In this document: piece by piece, positions 21,964 to 34,547 of the stretch
Numbering within the stretch: the stretch's first letter is position 1
How the letters are laid out: every line of letters begins with the position of its first letter
Origin: Naegleria gruberi
Taxonomy: Eukaryota
Assembly (NCBI GenBank): GCA_000004985.1
Contig: GG738918.1
Direction: 5' to 3' (one strand)
DNA: 64,000 bases
Translations under genes and position numbers: made by a program
The notes under the pieces: generated by a model
What the model was told of the DNA's origin: nothing
What the model saw: only the letters and a program-made list of their open reading frames with translations
The model's database searches: none

Positions 21964-24900
21964 ATGATGGAAACTTCAACAGCAATAGCAACAACAGGAC
22001 AGGAGGTAGAGCTTGGATACAACTCTCAACTTCCATCTTTTGTTAGGGACGGTATCAAGGAGGAAATTTCTAATTGGAAGAATGAAATTATTGAAGGCTT
22101 TAAAAAAGTTGATGGATTATTGTTGAGTTCGGATGAAAAAGATGAAAATACGATCAAGCCTAAATGGTTTACTATTTTAAATTCATCTATCAAATTATTT
22201 CATAGATATATAACTAATACAAAGTATCCACTAAATGTTTCTGAAAGAGTAGTCATATTTGAACTTGCTCTTAATATTCTCATCAACAAGCAATTAGATT
22301 TATATTTGGAATTAAAAGCAAAGTTAGCTAATTTAATCATTATTTTGATGAAAAACAAGTACCATAAATTATTACAACAAAATATAAAACCAATCACTTG
22401 TTGGAAGAGATTATACGAAATGTTAAGAAGTGTTTATTTTACCAAGAATAGATGTATTAGTTATAATCCATCAGGATCTTTCGGAAAGTCTATTGTCAAA
22501 CTTGTTTGTAAATTGAGAAATAATTTTGCAAGTGAAACTACTGAGGAAGTTTTGAATGAATTTACCCCAAGACTCTATTTCAGGTATGTAAATCAAATTT
22601 TATGTCCAATAGTTTACCTTTAATACTAGTGACTCAGAGTTCTTTATTTCTCAAGCATTTTTATGCTTATTCTTGCCTTCCAATACTTCTGTTGAAGTTA
22701 TTGACAAGTGGTTCAATCAAGTATTGGCCATGTGGGATTGGAGATCAAATTCACCATTCTATGATTTAAATATTGTTTCTTTATTGTACAGATTGGTAAA
22801 AGACCAAGATGGTAAAATTGATTTCAAACCTCATTTAGATTTAATATTTACTAGAATGTTACGATCAATGGATTTAAACATTGGGTCTAATATTACAAGT
22901 AGCAGTGTTGCATCTGGTGTTGCAACTTCTAAACTTGCTAAAAATGTGCAAGGAGGATCACAAAACTCAACAGCTGGCATGATTCAAGTTTTAACAGCTG
23001 CCAGTGGATATTCATATCATAGCTATCCAAATAATAATTGTTCAATCTTCTGGAAATTGTCCGATTTGAAGAACTTGCTAATGCAATATAACTCTCAACT
23101 AATTTCATATTTATTACTATCATTCCCTACTGAAACTTTAACTTATTTAAGAAGATTATTCCAATCTATTGACCAATACTATTACCCAAGTAATAATGGT
23201 GAATGGTCTAGACCATTGAGTATTTTCATTTCAGAACTATTCCGTAATGTTTCTTTGAACACTAAAGAAAGTAGCAAAGATCTAGTGGTCAGTGACGACA
23301 CTATTGAAGAATTAATTAGAATAGTTTTCCCTTCATGTAAAATGGCTCTCTTCTCCAAGTCAGTTAAGGTTTCAAAGAATGCTATTCAAGCTATCAAACA
23401 TATTTGTTTTATTAGACCATCATGTATTGTACAGGAATTGTTTGAAATTGTTTTCCATGCTTTGCAAACTTTGACTGAAGTTCACCAAATCTCAGTTGCT
23501 TTGGAACTGTTAAATACCATTATTATACCATTATTGTACCATTCTATTCCAGAAGTTAAAGATTATATGGCTGATTTGTTGAATATGGCACTTTTGGGTA
23601 TCGATACAAACGATAGCCAAAAAACCTCTCTCACAATTTCCTTCTTGAACACTCTATTCTCAATTATGCCTATTATTTCCAACAACCAATTTGTTGAAGG
23701 AACTCCATACGTAGTTGAATTGTATCAAGATTTTGCTTTAGAGTTTGTGAGAAGAGTTTTGCATGTTATGGGCGAAATGACGACACACAAGGAAGAAAGT
23801 AAGGAACAAAAGGAAGTTTACAATCACTTGTCTAAATCAATTGTATTATTCTTCCAACAATTGTCTCCAAACTTGCACAAGCAATGTCTCAACAAGATAA
23901 TTTCCTATTTACAAGACGAGTTTAAACCTGCTGCTGTAAAGCAAATTGGTGAAATTGCTAATTGTTCCGTTAATTATTTCAATAATGGAGATGATACCTA
24001 TGATCCATTTGGATTGATGATGAACTCTCTTATTTCCAGAATCACTAATCAAAAAGGTGAATTGAAGGATTTACATGATAATGAAATGGATTACTATGTT
24101 CACTTGTTAGCTAAAGTTGTTAAGGGAAATAATCAAACATTCAAACATTGCGATAAGCTTTTGCAAATCTTGAAGCTCACTTGGAATTCTGAATCCAAAT
24201 CCATTGTTAAATCATCTGGCAAACTTTTGAAGAATATTTTGCAAAGTTTAACAACAGTTTACATTTTAGAAAAGAGAAGTGTACCTCCAAATGTTTGGCG
24301 TAGTGAAGATTTCCAAAAGAACCACTTTAAATATTGGGGTCAGCTCTACAATTCCAAGAATGTTGATGCTCAATGGCACGTTCCGAATGAATCTGAACTT
24401 GAAAAGGCAACCACTATTTTCAATGATTATTCAAGGGAGTGCTTTACCACTATCAAGAATGCTACAACCAATCAGGTTACTAGAGATCAATTGCTCAATG
24501 CCTTGTTGAAGGCTAAATATATTCTCAAGGGTGCCTCTTTAATGTTAGATGAAATTAGAGATGGTCAACTTCCAGAATATACCAAACAAATTGTCAAAGA
24601 TTTCTCAAACACCAATGCTGGTTGTATTGTTATTCCGAATGACAAGTTGGAATTCACCAGAAACGACATACTTGTATTATTACAAAAATTATTGGCTGAC
24701 TTTGTTCAAAATCAATCAGTTACCAGTGACGACTCAAAGAAGAATGATGTTAGAGTCTTGATTGCGTTAACCAAGGCTATTCATATTTGTGCTGCCTATA
24801 GAAGTTTGAGCTTTACTAAAATGGTGAATATGGCAAAGATTTGGTCACTTTTGAAGCTTCACTTCTTTAAGAGTACTGTCAAGAAGTTGTTCCCAAGATG

Positions 24901-27649
24901 TTTCATCTTGGATAGATGCCAAATGTTATTCATTTCAAGAGTTTTCCAAAGAACTATTCCATGTACACAAGTTCACTTGGATGCCTTGGAAAGCTTGAAA
25001 ATTCTCTCTACCAGTTGTGAATATGCCAAAGTAAGATCAAGAGCACAAACATCTTTCATTGGAATTTTGAAGTTGTTTAACAATTCTACATTCGAAAAGT
25101 TTGTTACACCAATTATTGAAACACTTTCAAATAGGGATTCTACACATGCTATGATTAATGGTTCCATTTTCCTTTTGGAAAAGTCTTCAGTTATTAGAAG
25201 AGTAACAGATAGTTGGGTTTTAATTTCTAAACTCCTTCCATCGATCTGTAATTGTTACCATGTCGACAAATCATCAATCCAGAAGAGATTGTATGGACTC
25301 TATATGCAATATAGCACAGCATTCAAAGAGTTACCAATTAATAATCAAAAGACATTGCAATACTATAATGATACAGTGAACAGCTTGGTTAATTTATCAT
25401 ACCAACTATCACAATCATTATTCTGGAACTATCAATTGATTACTATTTCATGCTTGAATTTATTGATTCGTTCTGATAAGTCAATTATTTTACCTATTGA
25501 AGCAATCAAATGTTTCATGAATAATCTTGTCAGTGATCATGTACCGCTCAGATTACTGTGTATGAAGGCATTAGATTTTATTTTCACTCAATATAAGCCT
25601 ATTCAACCTAGAATTGAAATTACTGATTCAACACAAATCGAAAAGGTTGCTAGACATCACAAAGCTAGTGCTACCATTCAAGATATTGCTACCCAAGAAG
25701 AATTTGAAAAGACCTTGTTCCTTGACAAGTATTATATTGGCTGGAATGCTATGCCAAAGAGTATGGTCACCTATGATTACACTAAGGAAAGAATTTTCAA
25801 AGATGAAACTGTGCAATTACAACAACTGATTCGTAACACCATGTTCCAAGAAGAATATCTTTCCAAAGTGTTTTCATACTTCTCAGATGATACAAATGGA
25901 CAATCTAACAATAGAGCATTCACTAAAGCTCACGCTCAAATGTTCAAAGGTTTCTTCCAAATTATGGGAATTGAAGGTTTGAAGGTTATTGAAAAACATT
26001 TTGAACATTTGCTTTCAGCTTCTGGCACTGGTAATGCTGACGAATTTTCAAAGATTTGTTTTGCTTCTGAAATATTTGCAGGTGTTTGCAGAGGAAGCAA
26101 ACATTGGAAATTTAATGACAGAAAACAAGCTCAAGACTACTTGTTCGAAAAGATTTCAACTGTAATTGATTCTTGTTCACCTCAATGTATTGAAAGTGGT
26201 TTGAGATCATCCTTCCATTTCTGCATGTTTGATGCTGACGGCAGAAGAACCAAGCCATTGGTAGACTTCCTAACTGGAAAAGTTAACTTGGATTATGGTC
26301 TTGCTGCTGTTCAAATGAAGGTATTACAGTTGGTATTCTTCACCCTCGCCGAACTTGATTGGAGACTTGTTAAACTTTTGGAAAATTTCATTGAAGAAAA
26401 GCTTTTTAACCATCTCTCACATCCATACCAACAAATCAGAGAGCTTATTGCAAGAAATGTATCTCTTGTATTTTTGAAGTCTTGGAATCCTGTTAGAGAT
26501 GAAAACTATTTGCCAAAGTCACCATCCAGTGGAGGTCAACAAAGTCTATTTGCCCAATTCTTGAATGAATTAATCTCCAACAATGCTACTAAATTCAATA
26601 TGGATGAGAATGGATTGCTTTCTCTTCCAAGTAATATTTTCAATATTGTACAAACAGATATGAACAGATCAGAATTTATCCAAAACAAACTCATTCCAAA
26701 ATTGCAAACAGAATTCAGCAAACTCTATCAAGAATATACTCAAAAATTGTCTGAAAAATCTGCCGAACAATCACACAAGACAAAACCATCTCAAGAAGAA
26801 ATGACATTCAAATCACTTTGTAAGACAATTATTGAATCCATTGGAACTTCGATGATGTTTGGAATTACTGTCACCCTACCTTACTTTAATTCAATTCTCC
26901 CACTTTTCTTGCAATGCTTCACATGCTCAAATGATACTGACATTACTATTAGTGCTTCAGGAATTATTGCAAGAATTGGTGCATTCTTAATTCCTGCCTT
27001 TATGGTCAAGGAATTATTGTACAGTTTAATGTTTATTCAAAAGTTGCTCATGACCAATCAAGCCAACACCTCAAGTAGAAAGGCCAGATTAGTTCTTTGT
27101 TTCTTCCTTCAAAAGTTTGCCTTTAAACATCAATTCTTTATTTTAGGAACCTCAGCTGAGAATGATTTCTATAACCATTTACTCTTGTTGCTCAAGGATA
27201 AGACTGTTGAAGTTAAGGATATGGCATGCAACACATTGGCTGGTTTCATCAAAATTGCATCCGATGATAGAGTTGAAATTATCAATGCTCATTTCTCTGC
27301 CGAACATCAAAAGCATTTTGCCACTAAAAAGTCAGGCAACGTTGAACAAATTCAAAAGTTGGACGCAAACTATGTTTCTGTTGGTTTGAGTGCTTTGGCT
27401 AAAGCTTTCCCATACAGCATTCCACCATTTGTTCCACAAGTACTTGTGAAATTATCAAGATTCAGTTCTTATCAAAAATCGGAACAAGAAACTGTTGATA
27501 TTCAATTCTTGAGTGATACTATTAAGAATACTTTTACTCAATTCATGAAGACTCACCACGAACAATGGGAAGAACACAAAAAACAATTCACAGAAGATGA
27601 GCTCTACACTGTTAATCAACTTTTATATTCACCAGTTTATTATGCTTAA
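21964..27649 (+). CDS. Proteasome activator Blm10/PA200 family (HEAT-like, C-terminal YYA); probable short intron ~22584..22629
   Basis: About 1880 aa in total (206 + 1673). The protein ends ...LLYSPVYYA*, which is the HbYX-type YYA tail characteristic of Blm10/PA200. It is long and helical, with HEAT-like composition. The N-terminal ORF (21964..22583) joins the main ORF through a GTATGT donor at 22584. The TACTAG acceptor at 22629 is my best frame-consistent guess. Confidence 0.6.
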
Positions 27650-29715
27650 ATTTGTAGTGAAGAAAGTATTTTCGAAACTGTTGGATGACCTAATAAAATC
27701 AAATACATAAATTCTCTATTTCCACTTGTGAATTGAGGTAAACGAGTGCCAACTTTCTTTGCAAGTGATTGTAAAATGGAGGCACACTTCTTTTGGAATT
27801 TGAGAGAATCGCAACCCTTCTTGCTTTCGTCCACCATATTACTATCATCAGTTGGAGTCTCCGTTGAGAAACAGCCATCATAGCCATCATATATTTCTTC
27901 AATATCATTCTTTTCATCATAATCTTCAGCATCTTCGAATAAACTTTCTGATTGTTTCATAAATATGTTCAATTCACCTCCTTCTACATTCTTATCTTTT
28001 TCATTCTCTTTCACTTGTTGTAAAATTAAATAAGGATATTGCTCTATTCTATTGTACAAGTTTGATTTCCAAACTATCAGTGTAATTAATTTATCTATAC
28101 ATCCATTACAAGCACTAATAGTTTCCAATAATTGTGTATTGTTTGTAAACTCGACTAATTTAGATAAAAAGTTGATTGAACTCATTCTACAGAGAAGTTC
28201 AATATCTGTGAGCCTAGAAGTAAGTGATTTTTGTTTTTGTTTCTCAACAGTTTGAATTTCTTCCTTGTTTTCATTAGTTTCATCCTCGTCTTCAGGTTCG
28301 CCTTCAACTTTTTCCTCTTCATAATCAATTTGGTTTTCAGACTTGATAAATGCTGGAGATTGTAAAAACCCAATAATAGTTTCAATAATTTTAGGGTTGT
28401 TTTGTAAAACATTTTCAATAGTAGATAAATTATTCTTGCCCTTTAAAACATAATTTAAAGTCTCCAAGCAACTGGCAGAAAGTAGCATGGAATCGTTTTC
28501 CTTAGAGTCCAATGTATTAGAAATAAATCTTGCAAGAATATCATTTGCAGAAAAGTCTACAAACTCTGATACATTGATGATAATGTCTACTAATCTTAAT
28601 CTCCATTCCATATGTAAAATATCATTAATATTGTTTCTCAAAAAGAATACAAGTATGTCCATAAGAGAATTTGATTTTCCAATAGAAGGTTGATTGTCAG
28701 GGAGAAAAGAGGCATTTCTTAATAGGGTTATAACCATGAAGGCCTTGTGTTGAGATTCCAAATATTCTTGATTTTTTAAATTGAAGATATCTCCATCCTC
28801 CATAGCATTTTGTTTTTCGACTTGAGTTGCGTAGTCCAATAAATATTCTTCACAAACATCAACCAAAGTAGGAATATGATGACATCTGAATGTTTCAAAT
28901 TGAGACAATCTAAGAACTTGATAAAGAGCCCATTCCTTCAAATTTTGATCCTCAGATTTGAATCCACAATCAATTCTTCTGGCATATTCTATTTCCTTCA
29001 GTATATTTTCATCAGTGACATCTGCTCTATTAAAGAACCCGTCGCTATAATGCTCAAAAGCACCAGCAAGAGACTGTATAGTCAGAACGCTATGATCATG
29101 TTCAGCTTGCTTTCGATTATTTAAAGCATGCTGGTTAGATTGAAGTAATGAGTGGAAATTTAAAATTGAATTTGAAGGTTTCTTTCTAACTTCTCTTTCA
29201 ATCTTTCTAGATTTTGGTGCCATTGAAGATGTTGATGGTGGAGGTCTCTTTTTTGGTGCAGCTATTTTCTTGACAGTGGTTGTTCCAGATGCTTGTTGTT
29301 TTTGTTGTTCAAGTACGTGTGGTGTTTGTTTTTGAATCGGATCAGCCTTTCCTAACTTCATCACTTGTTCAAAAGAGTACAACCACTTTTGATAGTACAT
29401 CTTTAAACTGTATGATGCACTGGTACAAGTCTTAGGTACTTGATAGGAATCTCTCACTTCAGTCCATTGTTTATTCTCACAAACAGCCTCATAGCCTCCT
29501 CTTCCCCACACCTGAAGCCATAATTTATAAACATTCAATCGACGACCTCCAAGTTGTGGCAAGTTATCGTGAGGGATCGGAGTACCTCTCTTTTCCATAA
29601 ATTCGTTAACCTCCCTATAGAATTTATCCCTCTCTTCTGCGTCCACATCTTCATTATCACCAAATGCGTCTTCCTCTTCTTCCTCCTCTAATACTGATTT
29701 CTTTTTTCTTGGCAT
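27646..29715 (-). CDS. ARID/BRIGHT DNA-binding domain protein (ARID2/Rsc9-like architecture)
   Basis: N-terminal ARID block ERDKFYREVNEFMEKRGTPIPHDNLPQLGGRRLNVYKLWLQVWGRGGYEAVCENKQWTEVRDSY...SASYSLKMYYQKWLYSFEQ. It is followed by about 450 aa of helical-repeat-like sequence. True ATG at MPRKKKSVLEEEEEE (29715). Confidence 0.7.
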   Translation of the reverse strand: MPRKKKSVLEEEEEEDAFGDNEDVDAEERDKFYREVNEFMEKRGTPIPHDNLPQLGGRRLNVYKLWLQVWGRGGYEAVCENKQWTEVRDSYQVPKTCTSASYSLKMYYQKWLYSFEQVMKLGKADPIQKQTPHVLEQQKQQASGTTTVKKIAAPKKRPPPSTSSMAPKSRKIEREVRKKPSNSILNFHSLLQSNQHALNNRKQAEHDHSVLTIQSLAGAFEHYSDGFFNRADVTDENILKEIEYARRIDCGFKSEDQNLKEWALYQVLRLSQFETFRCHHIPTLVDVCEEYLLDYATQVEKQNAMEDGDIFNLKNQEYLESQHKAFMVITLLRNASFLPDNQPSIGKSNSLMDILVFFLRNNINDILHMEWRLRLVDIIINVSEFVDFSANDILARFISNTLDSKENDSMLLSASCLETLNYVLKGKNNLSTIENVLQNNPKIIETIIGFLQSPAFIKSENQIDYEEEKVEGEPEDEDETNENKEEIQTVEKQKQKSLTSRLTDIELLCRMSSINFLSKLVEFTNNTQLLETISACNGCIDKLITLIVWKSNLYNRIEQYPYLILQQVKENEKDKNVEGGELNIFMKQSESLFEDAEDYDEKNDIEEIYDGYDGCFSTETPTDDSNMVDESKKGCDSLKFQKKCASILQSLAKKVGTRLPQFTSGNREFMYLILLGHPTVSKILSSLQI

Positions 29716-29818
29716 TTTTTTTTTAAAATTAAAATTAAAATTCGTGATGACGGAAGAAATTATTTGATGAAGAAAAATTGTTACCGACTTTTTATTCTTC
29801 AATTTTATATTAAAAGCA

Positions 29819-30289
29819 ATGACAAGTAGTAGTGGTTTTTTAACGTTTTTATTGTCCTCGGTGGCTCAGTTTGTTATGAATGCTCATACTTCTCAAGTGG
29901 CACAGGCTACTACAACAACTTCATCTTCAACTGTTGATTCATTGTTATCGGGAAAGATGATCATGAACAGCAATAATACTGATGTTCAGCCGTTTGTTGA
30001 GTGTGCTGCCAAGCCTTTCCGAAAGCCTAATATCATTAAATCATTATCAATTGATAATCATCAAAACAATGTAAATAATAGAACAAGACAACATAATAAT
30101 CATCAACACAACACTCGAGTTAATACTAATAATAATAACTATCATGGAAGTATGGGAATTATAGAAATGAAAGGACACAATAATCCAATGGAACTATCAA
30201 CACAACATTTAGAATCAACACTTCCATTCCTTCACGAACAAGCAAACATTTTAAATACAATTCTTCAGAATAGAAATGGAAATTTGTAA
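29819..30289 (+). CDS. Low-complexity N/Q/T-rich hypothetical ORF
   Basis: 156 aa ORF with an ATG between the ARID and PP5 genes. Its compositional bias makes the coding call uncertain. Confidence 0.25.
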   Translation: MTSSSGFLTFLLSSVAQFVMNAHTSQVAQATTTTSSSTVDSLLSGKMIMNSNNTDVQPFVECAAKPFRKPNIIKSLSIDNHQNNVNNRTRQHNNHQHNTRVNTNNNNYHGSMGIIEMKGHNNPMELSTQHLESTLPFLHEQANILNTILQNRNGNL

Positions 30290-30296
30290 TGTTTAA

Positions 30297-31727
30297 TTAC
30301 ATTAATTGGTTGTACAGACTGGAAACGTAATGCATTGGACCAAGTGGTGGATGAGGAGCATGTGTAAATTGAGTAAAGTTTGGTTTCATATCTGAACCAT
30401 TGAATCTAATGAAAGCACCCTTGTTACCAACAGAGTCACAATAATTTGGTGCAGAGAAGATAGTTATCAGTCTATTGTTTGCTTCAACTTCATAACCTGC
30501 CATCTTGACTTCGTGAGATCTAATCAATAATTCGAGACCATTGTCATCCAAAAATTTCTTTGTGACATCAGGACCAAATACTCTTGAAACACCTCTCTTA
30601 TTGAGTCCGAGCCCATTGAGTTTTTGTGGATCAGACCAAAGAATGTCGCACATTAAACCATCTTCTGGAATATCTCTCATTCTATCAATATTTTCAATAT
30701 CTTGAAGTGTAACACCTGGTTCCTTAAATCCTATACCACCGTGTAAAACAAGTACCTTACTATTAATAACACAAGCCAATGGAAGATAATTGAAAACTTC
30801 TTGGAAGAGTTCATAAACTTCACCATTGTACTTCTTGACAGTTTCAGCTTCAAATCCATAAATTTGGTTAAGATGACGACTTTCGTGATTACCTCTAGTC
30901 AAATACATGCATTCAGGATCATGTAACTTGTATGCCAATAAAGTGAAAATAACTTCACATGAGAATGAACCTCTATCAACAAAATCACCATTGAATAAAA
31001 ATGGATTTTCCTTTGATGGTCTTCCATTCAATTCGAAAATCTTTAAAAGATCATAATATTGACCATGAGTATCACCACAAACTGTAATATGTCTATCTTC
31101 TGGAACATTAATACGGAAGAGTGATTTTTCATTCTTCAATAATTTGCTAGCCATGACAAGAATTTCCATAGCATACTTGATGTGAATTTTCTTTTGATTC
31201 TTAAATCTTTCAACCATATCTTCAACAAATTCCTTTGTAATAACTTCACCTAATCTTACACCATCATATGATTCTTCAACATCAATTACGTTATAGTTAA
31301 TTTCTTCGGAAATATGAGTTTTTGTACCACCAATAGCTTCCATAAATTTCTGATGTTTCAACTCCTTTTTACATTGAGCAACTCTTTCTTTAATTAATTT
31401 ATCATTAGGATGAAGTTTAAGAGCATCATTAAAATCTGTTAAAGCATCTTCCAATTTGGATAAACCAATATGGGCCATTCCGCGTCTATAGTAAGCCTTT
31501 GTGTTTTGTGGATCAAGGCTGATAGCCTTTGCAGCATCATCAAGAGCTGCTCCGTAATTTTCCAAGTGAGTATTGGAAAGAGCACGATTACAATAGAAAA
31601 CAGCATCTTCATAAAGTTCTATAGCCTTTGTATAATAATCAATACTCTCCTCATACTTTTTCTCTTTGAAAAATTGATTTCCTTTAGCTTTAAATTCTTC
31701 AGCAGCTTGTTTTTTTGATTCCTCCAT
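30297..31727 (-). CDS. PPP5C: Serine/threonine protein phosphatase 5 (TPR + PPP catalytic domain)
   Basis: The N-terminus carries three TPR units (AEEFKAKGNQFFKEKKYEESIDYYTKAIEL...). The catalytic domain has GDTHGQYYDL, GDFVDRGSFS, LTRGNHE and the SAPNYC motifs. 476 aa with no intron. Confidence 0.9.
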   Translation of the reverse strand: MEESKKQAAEEFKAKGNQFFKEKKYEESIDYYTKAIELYEDAVFYCNRALSNTHLENYGAALDDAAKAISLDPQNTKAYYRRGMAHIGLSKLEDALTDFNDALKLHPNDKLIKERVAQCKKELKHQKFMEAIGGTKTHISEEINYNVIDVEESYDGVRLGEVITKEFVEDMVERFKNQKKIHIKYAMEILVMASKLLKNEKSLFRINVPEDRHITVCGDTHGQYYDLLKIFELNGRPSKENPFLFNGDFVDRGSFSCEVIFTLLAYKLHDPECMYLTRGNHESRHLNQIYGFEAETVKKYNGEVYELFQEVFNYLPLACVINSKVLVLHGGIGFKEPGVTLQDIENIDRMRDIPEDGLMCDILWSDPQKLNGLGLNKRGVSRVFGPDVTKKFLDDNGLELLIRSHEVKMAGYEVEANNRLITIFSAPNYCDSVGNKGAFIRFNGSDMKPNFTQFTHAPHPPLGPMHYVSSLYNQLM

Positions 31728-32276
31728 TTGTATTATAACTGTTTATTGCACTATTAACACAACAATTAAATGATGATGATGATGACGACGAATATATTCT
31801 CTCTGAAAAAAACAGCACTGCTCCGAGGTTTTCTTACGACGCCGCCGAGAAGATGATGGTGTTTGTATTTTTTTTGTTTCAAAAATCCAATAAATTGTTT
31901 TTATTGTTTTTTCTTAAATTTTTATTACTCCTCTCCGTGATGAAGATAACAACAACGTAGAGATGACATTAAGTAGTGTTACCATAATATAATGGATTAG
32001 AGAATTTGATTAAAGTGATGGTTTTTGAGCATTTTTATGGAAATTTGGATAACATCTTTGATGAAATTGCAAATTTCTATTGAATAATGTAAATATTATT
32101 AATGTGTGAATTAATTTCATTGTAAATGAGAAGAATGAATAGGAAAGCAAGAGAAATTGGAAGGGAAATAGCATACTAAGAATGTCAATGTGGATATCCG
32201 AGAAGGCAGATATCTCATTTGGACACGTGACATTCAAACTTCAAAAAAAAAGACCTGACACCATCGTTCATCAATA

Positions 32277-34544
32277 ATGTCATCACAATTGCGAATGGGA
32301 TGCTGTTATTTCATAATGCTTTCCATCATTCTTTTGTATCATCATGTTTATTCGGTGGTGGCTCTTCAAAATTTTGAGACGAAAGTCCAAAGCATTTCTA
32401 ATAATTTTCAAGTTATTCCAATAGAGAATTTAAAGGAAGGGAATGTAATTTATGGAGTTGCGGAATATAACTATGTATTCATTAGCAAATCTTTAAATAT
32501 AACTAATCTGGAAATGTTACTTTCGTATATGAATACAACAGATAGAACTATTAGAAATTCAGCACCTCTACAATTCGGAATGGAAAGAAGTTTAACTCAA
32601 TTAGTGGAAACATACTTTTACTATCAAAACATCTCATCCTATTCGATTTCTTTCATTTCATTTGCTCCACTAATTTGCAGAACTAGAAATCCATTCGAAA
32701 TATTAAGTGGAATCATTACAAGTGAAAGCAGCTTTGCAGAACAAGTTAGATGCTACCGAGATAGAGTGAATACTCAAGAATCTACTCGATATATCAATTC
32801 GAGAGATTTCATTCCAATACCTTTATTCCCAAATAAGGTAATTATTGGAAGAAATGTTTCAACTAGTAGTGAAATTAGTCAATATTCGGAAAGTGATTTG
32901 AATTCTCTTGAAGTGAGCATACTCCCATTGACATTGGATTATGAAAAAAGTGGTTGCAAGAGCAATCCTCAAAAATTTGATGCACTGAGAATTTCACTCA
33001 CTCGTGGAATTTCAAATTTCACCAATTTTGATTTGGAATGGATGAAAAATGTGGCTGGTGTGAAGGAGTTGAATTATGATAGATCATTATATGAATATTT
33101 ATTTCAGAGATTTGTGAATCGAAATAATTTACAAAATTTAACAAATAGTATTGAAATTTCACAAAGTTTACTTTCTTCTGATTGCTATTATTGTAATTTT
33201 GGATCTTTTGGAGATCCGAGAGAAACATTGACTGATTTGTGGATTATTCCAATAGCTGTGCTTACATTGGTGTATTTTATTTTATTATTTGCTACAAAGA
33301 GTTATTCGAAACCTTATCTTCAAAGAAGATTGGTAGTACCTTACCTGTTGCCTATTTGTAATTTACTATTTGAGGCTCTATCAGTGGATTCTCTATTGGT
33401 TCTGGTTTACAATTGTGAACCGAAATATTTGTTGATTTCTGTATTCTTTGGAATTATCATGATTTTCCTTTACATGATAACAGTTATTCGATTCTATTAT
33501 TTGAGAAACCTTTACAAAATTGTATCAGATTCTAAATTTTACAAAGTTCACAAATATTTAACCTCTACATCATTTGGAATTGGTTTCACACTCATAATGT
33601 CAGCTCTCTTAACAATCATTTTCATGGTTCCTGTATTTGCAACATTGAGCTTTGAGACTAACATTATTTATATTTCTCAAAATGTGACAAATGCAAGTTA
33701 TGTGGTCATTGGAAGTGCATTTGCGTTGGCTGCTAGTGTTGTTGATGCAATTTTGAACAGAAAAAAGATTTCCAAAAATGGAATACTCTATTATTTATTT
33801 GCAGATGATCCTCTTTATGTGAGAATTGACTTGTTTTTGACTGGTATTATCATTATTATCATTCTACTCACAATTGTCTTCCAATTATTCGAATTGCTAT
33901 ATTTGGTGGGAGTTGTTAGAACTCTAGTTACAATAATGGCTCTAATGATAAGTGGAGGAACAGCAATTATAGCAGAAATGATAAGAAGATTCGTATATAG
34001 AAATAGAAAGATAACAGAGAATGATTCAGATTTGGAAAAACATCTTTCTCAAAGCAGCGACTTTTTTGAGCTATTCCAAGAATATGCATCGAAAGAGTTT
34101 AGTTTGGAGAATATCATGTTCTTTGATATTATTCACGAAATCAAAACCGAATATGTAACAGTGGAAACTATGAAACACATTGAGGAAAACTTTATGAGAA
34201 ATTATTCCAAATATGAGGTGAATATTTCCTTTTCTTCTAGGAGAAAGTTTTACGAATTGTTTGATACAATGGAATTCAAAGTAGACAAAATGGAAGTATC
34301 AAGTTCAGAAATGAATTTATTGAGTGGTAGAGCTTCTATGAAATTATCAACATCAGACATGTCTCAATTGAGTATTACAGAATCTAAGAAATCATCTAAT
34401 ATCACTCTAAAGCAATTGAAAGATGCAGTCTATATGGACATTATCGGAAATATGAAAGATACCTACGGAAGATTACAATTAACACCACAATTTGCCAAAT
34501 GGGAATCAGTTTACAATTTACAAAATAAGGCAGCAATTATTTAA
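32277..34544 (+). CDS. Seven-transmembrane receptor-like protein with C-terminal RGS domain (fungal GprK-type architecture) and a large N-terminal ectodomain
   Basis: Signal peptide-like N-terminus. About 300 aa ectodomain with many N-x-S/T sites. Seven hydrophobic helices (LWIIPIAVLTLVYFILLF ... TLVTIMALMISGGTAIIAEMI). Then the RGS core FSLENIMFFDIIHEIKTEY, compared with FSEENLEFWLACEEFKK. Confidence 0.65.
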   Translation: MSSQLRMGCCYFIMLSIILLYHHVYSVVALQNFETKVQSISNNFQVIPIENLKEGNVIYGVAEYNYVFISKSLNITNLEMLLSYMNTTDRTIRNSAPLQFGMERSLTQLVETYFYYQNISSYSISFISFAPLICRTRNPFEILSGIITSESSFAEQVRCYRDRVNTQESTRYINSRDFIPIPLFPNKVIIGRNVSTSSEISQYSESDLNSLEVSILPLTLDYEKSGCKSNPQKFDALRISLTRGISNFTNFDLEWMKNVAGVKELNYDRSLYEYLFQRFVNRNNLQNLTNSIEISQSLLSSDCYYCNFGSFGDPRETLTDLWIIPIAVLTLVYFILLFATKSYSKPYLQRRLVVPYLLPICNLLFEALSVDSLLVLVYNCEPKYLLISVFFGIIMIFLYMITVIRFYYLRNLYKIVSDSKFYKVHKYLTSTSFGIGFTLIMSALLTIIFMVPVFATLSFETNIIYISQNVTNASYVVIGSAFALAASVVDAILNRKKISKNGILYYLFADDPLYVRIDLFLTGIIIIIILLTIVFQLFELLYLVGVVRTLVTIMALMISGGTAIIAEMIRRFVYRNRKITENDSDLEKHLSQSSDFFELFQEYASKEFSLENIMFFDIIHEIKTEYVTVETMKHIEENFMRNYSKYEVNISFSSRRKFYELFDTMEFKVDKMEVSSSEMNLLSGRASMKLSTSDMSQLSITESKKSSNITLKQLKDAVYMDIIGNMKDTYGRLQLTPQFAKWESVYNLQNKAAII

Positions 34545-34547
34545 AAA

